Assembly: GCA_045047305.1 (NCBI GenBank)
Contig: JASFYO010000004.1
Coordinates: 1-64,000, forward strand
Origin: Planctomycetota bacterium
GTDB lineage: Bacteria > Planctomycetota > UBA1135
DNA length: 64,000 nt
Reading direction: 5' to 3'
The position numbers and the translations under genes are program-made. A model generated the notes under the pieces. The model ran no database searches, had not been told where the DNA came from, and saw only the letters and a program-made list of their open reading frames with translations. Positions 48,346-56,413 of this stretch are shown here, piece by piece. Position 1 is the stretch's first letter. Each line of letters opens with the position of its first letter.

Positions 48346-49323
48346 CTAAAAGTCGAGGACTTCTTCAATGGCGTCGAGAACCCGGCGTGCATCTGGCAGG
48401 TAGTAGTTCTCGAGGGTGTTTGGAAATGGAGTATCAAAACCAGCCACGCGCTTGATTGGCGCTTCGATGGTTTCGATGGCGTGTTCCGCAATCAATGCGG
48501 AAAGTTCTGCACCATAACCGCAGAAACGCGGTGCTTCGTGCACGATGACCACGCGACCACAATCGCGCGCGGCCTGCAACACCGACTCTTCATCGAGCGG
48601 CATCAGAGTACGCAGGTCAACCACGCGCACATCCTTGTTACGCGAAGCCTTAATCCGTTTAGCAGCTTCGGTACAAACCGGAACCATGGCGCCGTAACAG
48701 AACACCGCGACATCTCCGCCTGGAGTGACTTCGCGGGTCTTCGACAGCTCGACTTCGTAAACGCCCTCCGGGACTTCCTGACGGAAGGCACGGTAAAGCG
48801 CTTTCGGCTCCATGAACAACACCGGATCTGGATCGTTGATACTTGCAATCAACAAACCTTTGGCATCGTAAGGAGTGGAAGGAATCACAACCTTCAAGCC
48901 TGGCGTGTGCGCGAAGTAAGCCTCACCCGATTGCGAGTGATACAAACCGCCGCGAATGCCGCCGCCATAAGGAGTGCGAATGGTCATCGGCACGGTGTAT
49001 TGACCACCACTGCGATAACGCATCTTGGCTGCTTCGGAAACGATCTGATCAAAGGCTGGGAAGATGAAATCCTGAAACTGGATTTCACAAACTGGCTTCA
49101 AGCCGTTCATGGCCATGCCAATCCCAACACCAATAATGCCGTCCTCCGACAATGGCGTGTCGAAACAACGCTCTTCACCAAACTCTGCAGTTAAGTTTTC
49201 CGTCGCAAGAAATACGCCGCCCTTAGGACCAACGTCTTCCCCCATCACAAGAACACTTTCGTCTTCCTTCATGATGGAACGGAGGCCGTCGTTGACAGCC
49301 TGAACCATAGTGATTTCGCTCAC
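48346..49323 (-). CDS. 2-oxoacid dehydrogenase E1 beta subunit
   Basis: GEDVG..GGVF, DTPLSE, EIQF, GGLYHSQS; start taken at GTG 49323 (GTGA overlap with E1 alpha). Confidence 0.95.
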   Translation of the reverse strand: MSEITMVQAVNDGLRSIMKEDESVLVMGEDVGPKGGVFLATENLTAEFGEERCFDTPLSEDGIIGVGIGMAMNGLKPVCEIQFQDFIFPAFDQIVSEAAKMRYRSGGQYTVPMTIRTPYGGGIRGGLYHSQSGEAYFAHTPGLKVVIPSTPYDAKGLLIASINDPDPVLFMEPKALYRAFRQEVPEGVYEVELSKTREVTPGGDVAVFCYGAMVPVCTEAAKRIKASRNKDVRVVDLRTLMPLDEESVLQAARDCGRVVIVHEAPRFCGYGAELSALIAEHAIETIEAPIKRVAGFDTPFPNTLENYYLPDARRVLDAIEEVLDF

Positions 49324-50435
49324 AGTGGGAATTCTCCTTTTTCGTCGACGGCTTCGTCGCGTTCGGAGAAGTGGCGGATGCACTCTCCCATCTGGTTTTC
49401 GAGATGCTTCGGCATGGTTTCAAAAACATCGCTGAAGATGCTTCCGAGTTTCGGCCGAGGCTTAGCTTGTGCTTGTTTTGCCGCAGCCATCATGACGTCG
49501 GCGGTTTCCTGTTCGATTTCAGCCGCACGCTCATCCGTGAGGTGACCTTCGGTAATCAAGTATTTACGGAAACGGGTCAGTGGATCCTTCTTTTCCCACT
49601 CATCGAACAAAGCCTGATCGACGTAACGCGATGGATCGTCCGAAGTGGAGTGACCACCCATGCGGAAAGTCACCGCTTCAATCAGAGTGGGACCTTCACC
49701 AGCACGCGCACGTTTGACTGCATCCGAGACAGCTTTGTAAACCGCGAGCACATCGTTGCCATCGACCTTCATACCAGGGATTCCGTAAGCCTCTCCTTTA
49801 ATGGCATAACTTTCGGACTTGGTCTGCTTCTCGCTCGGGCAACTAATCGCCCATTGATTGTTTTGGCACAGGAACACCATGGGGGATCCCATGACGCCGG
49901 CGAAGTTCATGCCGGAATGAAAGCCCGAAGAACTAGTCGAGCCATCGCCAAAAGTCGTGAGCACAATGCCCTTCTCCTTTTTGCGCTTCATGGCTTCGGC
50001 AATGCCCACCGCGTTGGCGATTTGCGTGCCGAGCGGCGACGAAATCGACAACCATTTAATCGGCTCAGTAAAGCTGAAGTGCACCGGCATCTGCCGCCCT
50101 TGCGCACTGTCATCGCAGTTGCCGAACATGTTATCGAACATGCCTTCGATGCTGATGCCGTGGTAGAACATCATTGCAAAGTCACGGTAGTGCGGCGCGA
50201 TCCAATCGCAGGCTGCATCAAGAGCAGCGGCCCCGCCAACAGAAGTAGCTTCAATCCCGCGGTTGGGAATCGAGAAGCCGATTTTGCCTGTGCGCTGCAA
50301 CTTCATGCAGCGGTCATCAAAGGCACGCGTACTGACGATGGCACGGTACATGCGCAGCAAAGTCTCGCGCTTCAAACGCGGGGCTTTGCCAACCTTGTTG
50401 CCGGCTTCGTCTAAGATTTGGAGTGTGTCGTCCAT
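49320..50435 (-). CDS. 2-oxoacid dehydrogenase E1 alpha subunit (first copy, branched-chain type)
   Basis: LQRTG, YRD, GRQMPVH, GDGS...NN, GGHSTSDDP; start taken at ATG 50435. Confidence 0.92.
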   Translation of the reverse strand: MDDTLQILDEAGNKVGKAPRLKRETLLRMYRAIVSTRAFDDRCMKLQRTGKIGFSIPNRGIEATSVGGAAALDAACDWIAPHYRDFAMMFYHGISIEGMFDNMFGNCDDSAQGRQMPVHFSFTEPIKWLSISSPLGTQIANAVGIAEAMKRKKEKGIVLTTFGDGSTSSSGFHSGMNFAGVMGSPMVFLCQNNQWAISCPSEKQTKSESYAIKGEAYGIPGMKVDGNDVLAVYKAVSDAVKRARAGEGPTLIEAVTFRMGGHSTSDDPSRYVDQALFDEWEKKDPLTRFRKYLITEGHLTDERAAEIEQETADVMMAAAKQAQAKPRPKLGSIFSDVFETMPKHLENQMGECIRHFSERDEAVDEKGEFPL

Positions 50436-50451
50436 GAAGGTAACGATCGGG

Positions 50452-51375
50452 TCAGACCACCATTTTTCCCGGCCCCGAGGCCAGGGCTTCTGTCTCCGCG
50501 CGGCCCTCGCCGACACGGCTTAAGAGATAGTTCTCCGCAGCTTTATAAGAAGAGCGCACCAATGGGCCCGAAGCGCAGTAAGCGAAACCGAGTTCTCCGG
50601 CCACGACTCTCCACTCCTCGAATTTTTCCGGGGTGACGTAATCTTCCACCGCGAGGTGACGCTTGGTCGGTTGTAGATATTGCCCGAGGGTGAGGATTTC
50701 CACCCCTGCCTCGCGCAAGTCCGCCATGGTCTGGCGGATTTCAGGATCGGTCTCGCCGACTCCCAGCATGATGGACGACTTGGTCACGATGTCGGGGCGG
50801 AAGTTCTTTGCCGCACCGAGTACATCTAAGGTCTGTGCATATTTGGCGCGGACGTCGCGCACTTTGCGGTGCAAACGTTCAACCGTTTCAATGTTGTGGG
50901 CGAAGACATCTAGCCCGGTATCGCACACGGTTTCGATGCATTCCACCCGGCCCTGAAAATCAGGGGTGAGCGCTTCCACTAACAAGCTTGGCCGACGTGC
51001 TTTGATTGCCCGGATGGTGGCGGCGTAATGCTCGGCGCCGAAGTCCTCTAGGTCATCGCGATCGACGCTGGTCAGCACCAAATAACGCAAAGATGGGATA
51101 TCTGCGCTCGAGGCCACCTTTTCTGGCTCATCCAGATCCAGCCAACCACGCGGGTTGCCGGTTTTGACTGCACAGAAACGACAGCCGCGAGTGCAGGTGT
51201 CGCCCATAAGCATGATGGTGGCGGTGCCATCGGCCCAGCATTCGCCCAAGTTAGGGCACCGCGCCTCCTCACAAACCGTATATAAACCCTTTTCCCGCAG
51301 CGATTTACGCAGCGAAGCCGTGGTGGCCCCAGTAGGGAGCTTCATCTTCAGCCAGGAGGGTTTCTTGAGTGTCAC
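50452..51375 (-). CDS. lipA: Lipoyl synthase
   Basis: CEEARCPNLGEC, CTRGCRFC, RSSY. Confidence 0.97.
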   Translation of the reverse strand: MTLKKPSWLKMKLPTGATTASLRKSLREKGLYTVCEEARCPNLGECWADGTATIMLMGDTCTRGCRFCAVKTGNPRGWLDLDEPEKVASSADIPSLRYLVLTSVDRDDLEDFGAEHYAATIRAIKARRPSLLVEALTPDFQGRVECIETVCDTGLDVFAHNIETVERLHRKVRDVRAKYAQTLDVLGAAKNFRPDIVTKSSIMLGVGETDPEIRQTMADLREAGVEILTLGQYLQPTKRHLAVEDYVTPEKFEEWRVVAGELGFAYCASGPLVRSSYKAAENYLLSRVGEGRAETEALASGPGKMVV

Positions 51376-51441
51376 AGGAGCAAATCTTGGATTTGGAATC
51401 GCAGATTATACCCCTCCCTTGGCGGAGTCCTCCGATAATCG

Positions 51442-51461
51442 ATTCGGCAATATTGCCGAAT
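51442..51461. promoter_or_regulatory. Perfect 20-bp palindrome ATTCGGCAAT/ATTGCCGAAT upstream of lipA
   Basis: Exact inverted repeat about 30 nt upstream of a minus-strand TATAAT (51405-51410). Confidence 0.45.
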
Positions 51462-51468
51462 TTTAGCT

Positions 51469-52089
51469 CTAGGGCTTGCCCCTCAAATCCAGCTTGAACC
51501 CACCATCGACAGTGTCTACATGCACCATAAAGGTCATCGGAACCCAATTTCCTCGATCTACCCTGGGCTGTTCCCAAACTGGCAACGGCATATCAAGCCA
51601 CACACTCCAAGCGAGCATTCTGCCCAACTGCACTTCTTCCTGGCCCATGTCATCAAAAAATGGGTTGTGAACAAAGGACGGGCAGAAAAACCGATACTCT
51701 CCAGGCCGCACTATCCAGCGTTCAAGCTGACCGGGCGATGGCGGAAAACCGCGCTCAAGTTGAGCTTCTGAGAGCCCTTCCCCCCAGATTTCACTGCCAC
51801 TGCATCCAACTCTAGCGATGGCTCCCTCGCCGCCAATGTCGCTTCCATTTTCATAAGTGATGGTCCAGGAATCAGCAGTCCGCCATCCACCATGAGTCTC
51901 CCACCAAGCAGACTTGTCCGTATCGTTATGTAAGCGAACCAGGATCTCCGGCACGCCGTTGCGTTCATAAGCGGTCACGTCGGCATCGAAGCCACCAAAG
52001 TTACCGCTCTCTTGACCGAGCAAGCGCACTCCCTCTAAAGGCGCTAATAGGTTTGCGAGCAAAGTCGTCAGCCATAGAAACCATTCCAT
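51469..52089 (-). CDS. Hypothetical exported protein
   Basis: Hydrophobic N-terminus from ATG 52089; fills the gap; no recognisable motif. Confidence 0.5.
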   Translation of the reverse strand: MEWFLWLTTLLANLLAPLEGVRLLGQESGNFGGFDADVTAYERNGVPEILVRLHNDTDKSAWWETHGGWRTADSWTITYENGSDIGGEGAIARVGCSGSEIWGEGLSEAQLERGFPPSPGQLERWIVRPGEYRFFCPSFVHNPFFDDMGQEEVQLGRMLAWSVWLDMPLPVWEQPRVDRGNWVPMTFMVHVDTVDGGFKLDLRGKP

Positions 52090-52096
52090 CTGGCCT

Positions 52097-52507
52097 CTAC
52101 TCCTCGATGACGTGAGAAGGATGAGAAACCCCAACCTGACTCCCCGCTTGATCACGCCCTATGAAATCGGCAGCGCCATAACGAATGGATCCGACAAGGA
52201 TTACGGCGACGATTGCGAGAGCGCCTAGGTTCATAATCAGGTACTGGCGTTCTTTGACCCTACCTTCCCAAATGCGAACCACGCTATCCACGGTCAGGAG
52301 AACCAGAAAAAGGATGGAGCAGATTTCGAACAAATCGTACATCGCGGCATAGGATTCCATCTCGTTCGTCGGCCGCAGCCAGGGAAACCCGATCGATGCC
52401 ATGAGGCTAATCACAAACCAGAGAAAGGCGAAAACGATGGCGCCCAATGCCGCCTTACTCATGGGTACACGGTGTCCGACTGGCCAAATTGTTTTTGAGT
52501 CCTTCAT
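52097..52507 (-). CDS. Hypothetical membrane protein (about 3 TM)
   Basis: Three hydrophobic segments; co-oriented with neighbours. Confidence 0.55.
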   Translation of the reverse strand: MKDSKTIWPVGHRVPMSKAALGAIVFAFLWFVISLMASIGFPWLRPTNEMESYAAMYDLFEICSILFLVLLTVDSVVRIWEGRVKERQYLIMNLGALAIVAVILVGSIRYGAADFIGRDQAGSQVGVSHPSHVIEE

Positions 52508-52613
52508 AACGAATAGCCAGTGTCCTTGGCCATGAGTACAACGCGGCTTATCGCATCCGGTTCACGCCTCAAACTGGTTCGCCTTGCGTGGAAACACCTT
52601 GCCTACATGTTCG

Positions 52614-54020
52614 CTACGAAACCACAGCTTTGCGCGAGCCCCGGTGAAGGAGAACGCCGAGCCAAATCTTTAGCAGTCGGATGAGGAAGTAGGCTGCAAA
52701 GATCCCGCTCGCTGCAAAAATCCAAGGCCCTGCGCTTGTTATCCAAGCTGGGCTGGCGAGGCCGTCGTAACGGTAGATGGCTGTTCCGGCTCCAGAAATC
52801 GTCAGCCAACCAACCAGGCCGATGACACCCACATTCAATCCCTTGATGAGATGGCAGTACCTTTTGCTGGCGAAAACAGTGGTTTCAACACCCCGACGGG
52901 CTTGGATTTCCGACAACATCCAGGTGATGCCAGCGAAAAGTGCCATGCAGTCAATCCCGATTTCGGCGCCCATTGCGTGCCCCATGACGAGGCGGGTGCC
53001 ATGGACCAGCGAGTTGATCGGCGGAATGGAAAGGATGAGCGAAGTTCCAAGAATGAAACCGGTCCACCATTTCGCTGCAGTGAGGAAAGCCTGGATTCCA
53101 CAGGGAGGAGCTGGCTTGCTTGCCTTCACCATGGCGGTAATGTCCATGATGACACGGAAGAACAAAATGATCTCCGCCATACTCACCACAAAGCTAATCC
53201 ACTTTACGGTGTGGCTTTGTGGAAGGTGATAGGTGTGATGCGCAAAGTTGGTGAAGGAGTTCAACAAGCCAACTCCAAACAGTGCATAGGCCAAACGTGA
53301 ATGCGCATAGCGTTCGCAGTTGCTCAACTTGCAACCGACGTAATACAAAGTTCCGTAGACGAATAAGTTGAAGCTACCGACAAGAGTCCCAGTCGCCTTC
53401 CACTGTAGGCGCATGTCAGTAATCGGTTGGGAGAAGATGTCGGGCATAAGCCAGGCATGTTGTTCCGCAAAGGTGTAGATAAAGAACAGAGTGCCGATGC
53501 CCCACATGGTTGCGTGAATCGGGCGCGACATCAGGCCCTTGCCGAGGTGGCTGTAGAAATTCCACGCGAACATCAGCCAACCGAGCATAATCGGGATAGA
53601 GAAGATGGGGTGGAAACCCATGTACTCTCGGCCTGATCCAACACCAACCAGCATGGTGCAGAAAACGCCGACACCGGCAATCGCCCATGAGATCACTTGA
53701 ATACGCAGGCGTAGCTTTTCTCCACGTGACATCGGGCCGGCAACATCTTCGAAGAAGCGATGCACCACGGCCATGCCTGCGAGCAAAATAAAGACCACCG
53801 CAAAGGTAGTGTGCAGCGGCCGTAGTGCAGTGAACTGAATCCCTAAACCCTGCAGAATGGGCGCCACTTGGGGAATGTAGTAGAAAGCGCCAAGCAGGCC
53901 AGCAAGCACGGTAATGCAAATCGACACCACAGCGCCGCGCATAAAGGTAAGTGTGGCGTAGCGACGGTTAGGGTCGACATCGAGGGAAGTTGGAGGTTTC
54001 ACGACTAAAACTCCCACCAT
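52614..54020 (-). CDS. Divergent NorB-like heme-copper oxidoreductase catalytic subunit
   Basis: About 12 TM; RPLHT, GREY, AHH, SMAE and N..HGT...GHA match cNOR NorB, but helix VI lacks HxxxE and helix X reads HAM. Confidence 0.85.
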   Translation of the reverse strand: MVGVLVVKPPTSLDVDPNRRYATLTFMRGAVVSICITVLAGLLGAFYYIPQVAPILQGLGIQFTALRPLHTTFAVVFILLAGMAVVHRFFEDVAGPMSRGEKLRLRIQVISWAIAGVGVFCTMLVGVGSGREYMGFHPIFSIPIMLGWLMFAWNFYSHLGKGLMSRPIHATMWGIGTLFFIYTFAEQHAWLMPDIFSQPITDMRLQWKATGTLVGSFNLFVYGTLYYVGCKLSNCERYAHSRLAYALFGVGLLNSFTNFAHHTYHLPQSHTVKWISFVVSMAEIILFFRVIMDITAMVKASKPAPPCGIQAFLTAAKWWTGFILGTSLILSIPPINSLVHGTRLVMGHAMGAEIGIDCMALFAGITWMLSEIQARRGVETTVFASKRYCHLIKGLNVGVIGLVGWLTISGAGTAIYRYDGLASPAWITSAGPWIFAASGIFAAYFLIRLLKIWLGVLLHRGSRKAVVS

Positions 54021-54823
54021 GGAAGGTTGTCCCAGAAGGCATCGTCGGTGTCTTCTTCGGCAAGCGCCAGAGCCTCTTCACGATGCTCAGCCAAGAAAGT
54101 AATAAAGGCTTGTACCTGAGCGCGCTTTTTTGCGGACAATCCTGAAGGCGGCATAAGCGGCGGAACCCCCACCTCTAACTTATGCTGAATTTCCTCCGCG
54201 CTTAAACGTGAACCTGAAAGCGATAAATCGGGAGCGCCGATTGCCGATTCGCCGAACAAGACGTGGCATCCGACACAAGTATAGGAGCGGTAAATTTCAA
54301 AACCGCTGATGGCGTCTTCATCGCCCGCGTCCTGCAAAATCTTGTGCACGGCCAAAGTACTTGGGGAATTCAAGGGATTGCCCGTAGCCGATACACCTCC
54401 GCTGCCAGGATTGCGTGCCTGGCCAATACCAGTTTCATTCATCGCACTCAAGAATGCCCACAAAGCCTGCACCTCTTCCGCGGGCAACTCGAACCTCGGC
54501 ATTTGCCCTGTTCCAAGAGCTAACTGATTGGCAAGCTGCGGTTGTTGCAAACGAGATGCAACATTGGTGAGGTCGGGGCCGAGAAATCCGCCAAAGCCAT
54601 ACATTTGGTGGCAAGCCTGACAGTTGTTCGCCAGCCATACGCGTCGCCCAATCAACTCCTCTCCTTCCAGGACACGAGTTTCTGTTGGGTCGGCATAAAC
54701 CAGGTAGGTCTGACTGACGAAACACAGCACGAGGATGCCAAGCATCCAGGCCTTTCCGGTGGGGCTAATCGTTTGCGCCCAAAAGCCTTCCACCAATTTC
54801 GAAGTTTCCTCAGAAGCATCCAT
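54005..54823 (-). CDS. NorC-like membrane-anchored di-heme cytochrome c
   Basis: TM anchor; GRRVW..NNCQACH..G.GG..GPDLT...MP (NorC-like); second CVGCH...APDLS...MP. Confidence 0.85.
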   Translation of the reverse strand: MDASEETSKLVEGFWAQTISPTGKAWMLGILVLCFVSQTYLVYADPTETRVLEGEELIGRRVWLANNCQACHQMYGFGGFLGPDLTNVASRLQQPQLANQLALGTGQMPRFELPAEEVQALWAFLSAMNETGIGQARNPGSGGVSATGNPLNSPSTLAVHKILQDAGDEDAISGFEIYRSYTCVGCHVLFGESAIGAPDLSLSGSRLSAEEIQHKLEVGVPPLMPPSGLSAKKRAQVQAFITFLAEHREEALALAEEDTDDAFWDNLPWWEF

Positions 54824-55003
54824 GAGGGAGAGATTCTAGCAACATTTCAGAATTCACCTTCTTCGGGAGCTTTCTTGGCCCCACTCAAACGGTTACCAGG
54901 ATTGAGAATGGAACACCCCTCGTAGATGCAAAGAAGTGAATAGGATTACTATTCTTCAAAGATCTTTCCAACAGAGGGCCCTCAAATATTTTTGGAGCAA
55001 AAT

Positions 55004-56410
55004 CTATTCGGATTCCCCACCCACATATCCCAATTCCTGAAGTTCTTGCAACATTTCTTCCGACATGGCGGTTTGCAGAGTAAGCGCCTCAGGGCTAAGT
55101 TCTTTGTGAAATTGGGCGAGTGGCCGCAGTTGATTGACCACATCCTGAAATTGATTCAACTCCAATGGATTATGTTCGCCCGGATCAAACTCGATATTCC
55201 ACAGAACTTCTTTTGGACCATTTAAGACAAATTTATAAGGGCCTGAAAAAACCGCCACTGCGTCCGATTGGCCTTCAGGGCGAGTTTGCCTTGGGTCTGC
55301 AATGCGCACTTCTGAGAAATACATTCTCGGAAGCAAAACATCTCCCTCAAGGGCTGGAAGAAGTGAACGTCCCTGCATTCCTTTAATTAAGGGCATTCCA
55401 AGCAGTTCGAGCAGTGTAGGTGTCAGATCCACAATTCCTACTCGGTTATTCTCCACTCCCACATAATCGCTATTTGGATTCACCACGATGAAGGGGACGT
55501 TCAAAACTTCCTGCCACAAGATGGAACCGTGTCCAACCCGTTGGTGCTCTCCCAATAGTTGGCCGTGGTCACCCACGATTACGAGGACTGTTTCCTCGAG
55601 GATTCCCCTTTCCTCTAATCCATCCAGTAAGTCTTTCACCAATTGATCGACTTCATGCACGCGCCCCTCATAAAGAGAGCGCAATGCCAAAAAGGCTTCA
55701 TTAGAACCGTTTCCTGGTTTGTTCAGCCCTGCGAACTCTTCCACGCTCGCCCCGTCAGCCAACGGGCCATGATAATCACGAAGTTCGTCTTCGGCGTAAT
55801 CCGTAAGCGGATATGGAGCGTGTGGCTCAAAATAATGCAGCCACATGAATGTGTTTTTCTGAGGGCTTTCCGCTAATACCTGATCAAGATAGTCAAAGGC
55901 CAATTCATTCACTTCGGTCCCAGGTCGAATCCGGTCCGTGCTGAAATCAAACTCCTTGTCACTTACCGCTTGAAACCCTTGATCAAGCCCGCCCCTTGAA
56001 AGCATTGCTTTATAGCTAACAAAGGCTCCGGTATTCCAGCCATCAGCAGATAGAATTTCAGCCAAGGTCGTGTGTTCATCCTGCAAGGCATCGCCATTCC
56101 AACGCACGCCATGTACGCGCGGGTACAGCCCAGTAAACATGGAACTATGTGAAGGAAAAGTCGTTGCCATAGGAGCAATCGCATTTCGAAAGACCACCCC
56201 CCTGGAAGCGAGCGCATCTAGGTTTGGCATATGCCGCCCAGTGGATCCATAACACTTCAACATATCAGTCCTCAGTGTATCGATGGAAAGGACAATAACT
56301 TTTTTTCCACAAACAGCTCCAACATTTGAATCCTCGGAATCGGCGCAGGAAACCAACAACAAGAAAAACCATGCAAGGAGTTTCACGGAAAACGGGTAGG
56401 GCGATTTCAT
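55004..56410 (-). CDS. Sulfatase-like (alkaline phosphatase superfamily) lipoprotein
   Basis: LVSC lipobox; SIDTLRTD, TFPSHSSMFTG, HYFEPHAPY, GDHG, terminal LQELGY. Confidence 0.85.
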   Translation of the reverse strand: MKSPYPFSVKLLAWFFLLLVSCADSEDSNVGAVCGKKVIVLSIDTLRTDMLKCYGSTGRHMPNLDALASRGVVFRNAIAPMATTFPSHSSMFTGLYPRVHGVRWNGDALQDEHTTLAEILSADGWNTGAFVSYKAMLSRGGLDQGFQAVSDKEFDFSTDRIRPGTEVNELAFDYLDQVLAESPQKNTFMWLHYFEPHAPYPLTDYAEDELRDYHGPLADGASVEEFAGLNKPGNGSNEAFLALRSLYEGRVHEVDQLVKDLLDGLEERGILEETVLVIVGDHGQLLGEHQRVGHGSILWQEVLNVPFIVVNPNSDYVGVENNRVGIVDLTPTLLELLGMPLIKGMQGRSLLPALEGDVLLPRMYFSEVRIADPRQTRPEGQSDAVAVFSGPYKFVLNGPKEVLWNIEFDPGEHNPLELNQFQDVVNQLRPLAQFHKELSPEALTLQTAMSEEMLQELQELGYVGGESE

Positions 56411-56413
56411 TGC

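Noticed and set aside
47226..48455. 409-aa Ala/Gly-rich plus-strand ORF
   Set aside because: Antisense shadow of the Ala/Pro linkers and lipoyl domains of E2
49371..50414. Long plus-strand ORFs opposite housekeeping genes (also 25013-25897, 41679-42413, 43080-43847, 45713-46492, 61714-62514)
   Set aside because: Antisense shadows of well-supported minus-strand genes; no motifs
52614..54020. Calling it canonical norB, cbb3 ccoN or NO dismutase
   Set aside because: Lacks the helix VI His/Glu of NorB and the HN/Tyr features of CcoN; NOD is a long qNOR-type single subunit with the change in the HH pair, whereas HH is intact here
52614..54020. Pseudogene interpretation
   Set aside because: Full-length ORF with no frameshift; the other heme, Ca and HH ligands are kept and it overlaps its partner gene
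54824..55003. FNR/DNR or NsrR box upstream of the norC-like gene
   Set aside because: No TTGAT-N4-ATCAA or convincing NsrR palindrome; only a short GAATAG-N5-CTATTC (54938-54954) that could be chance
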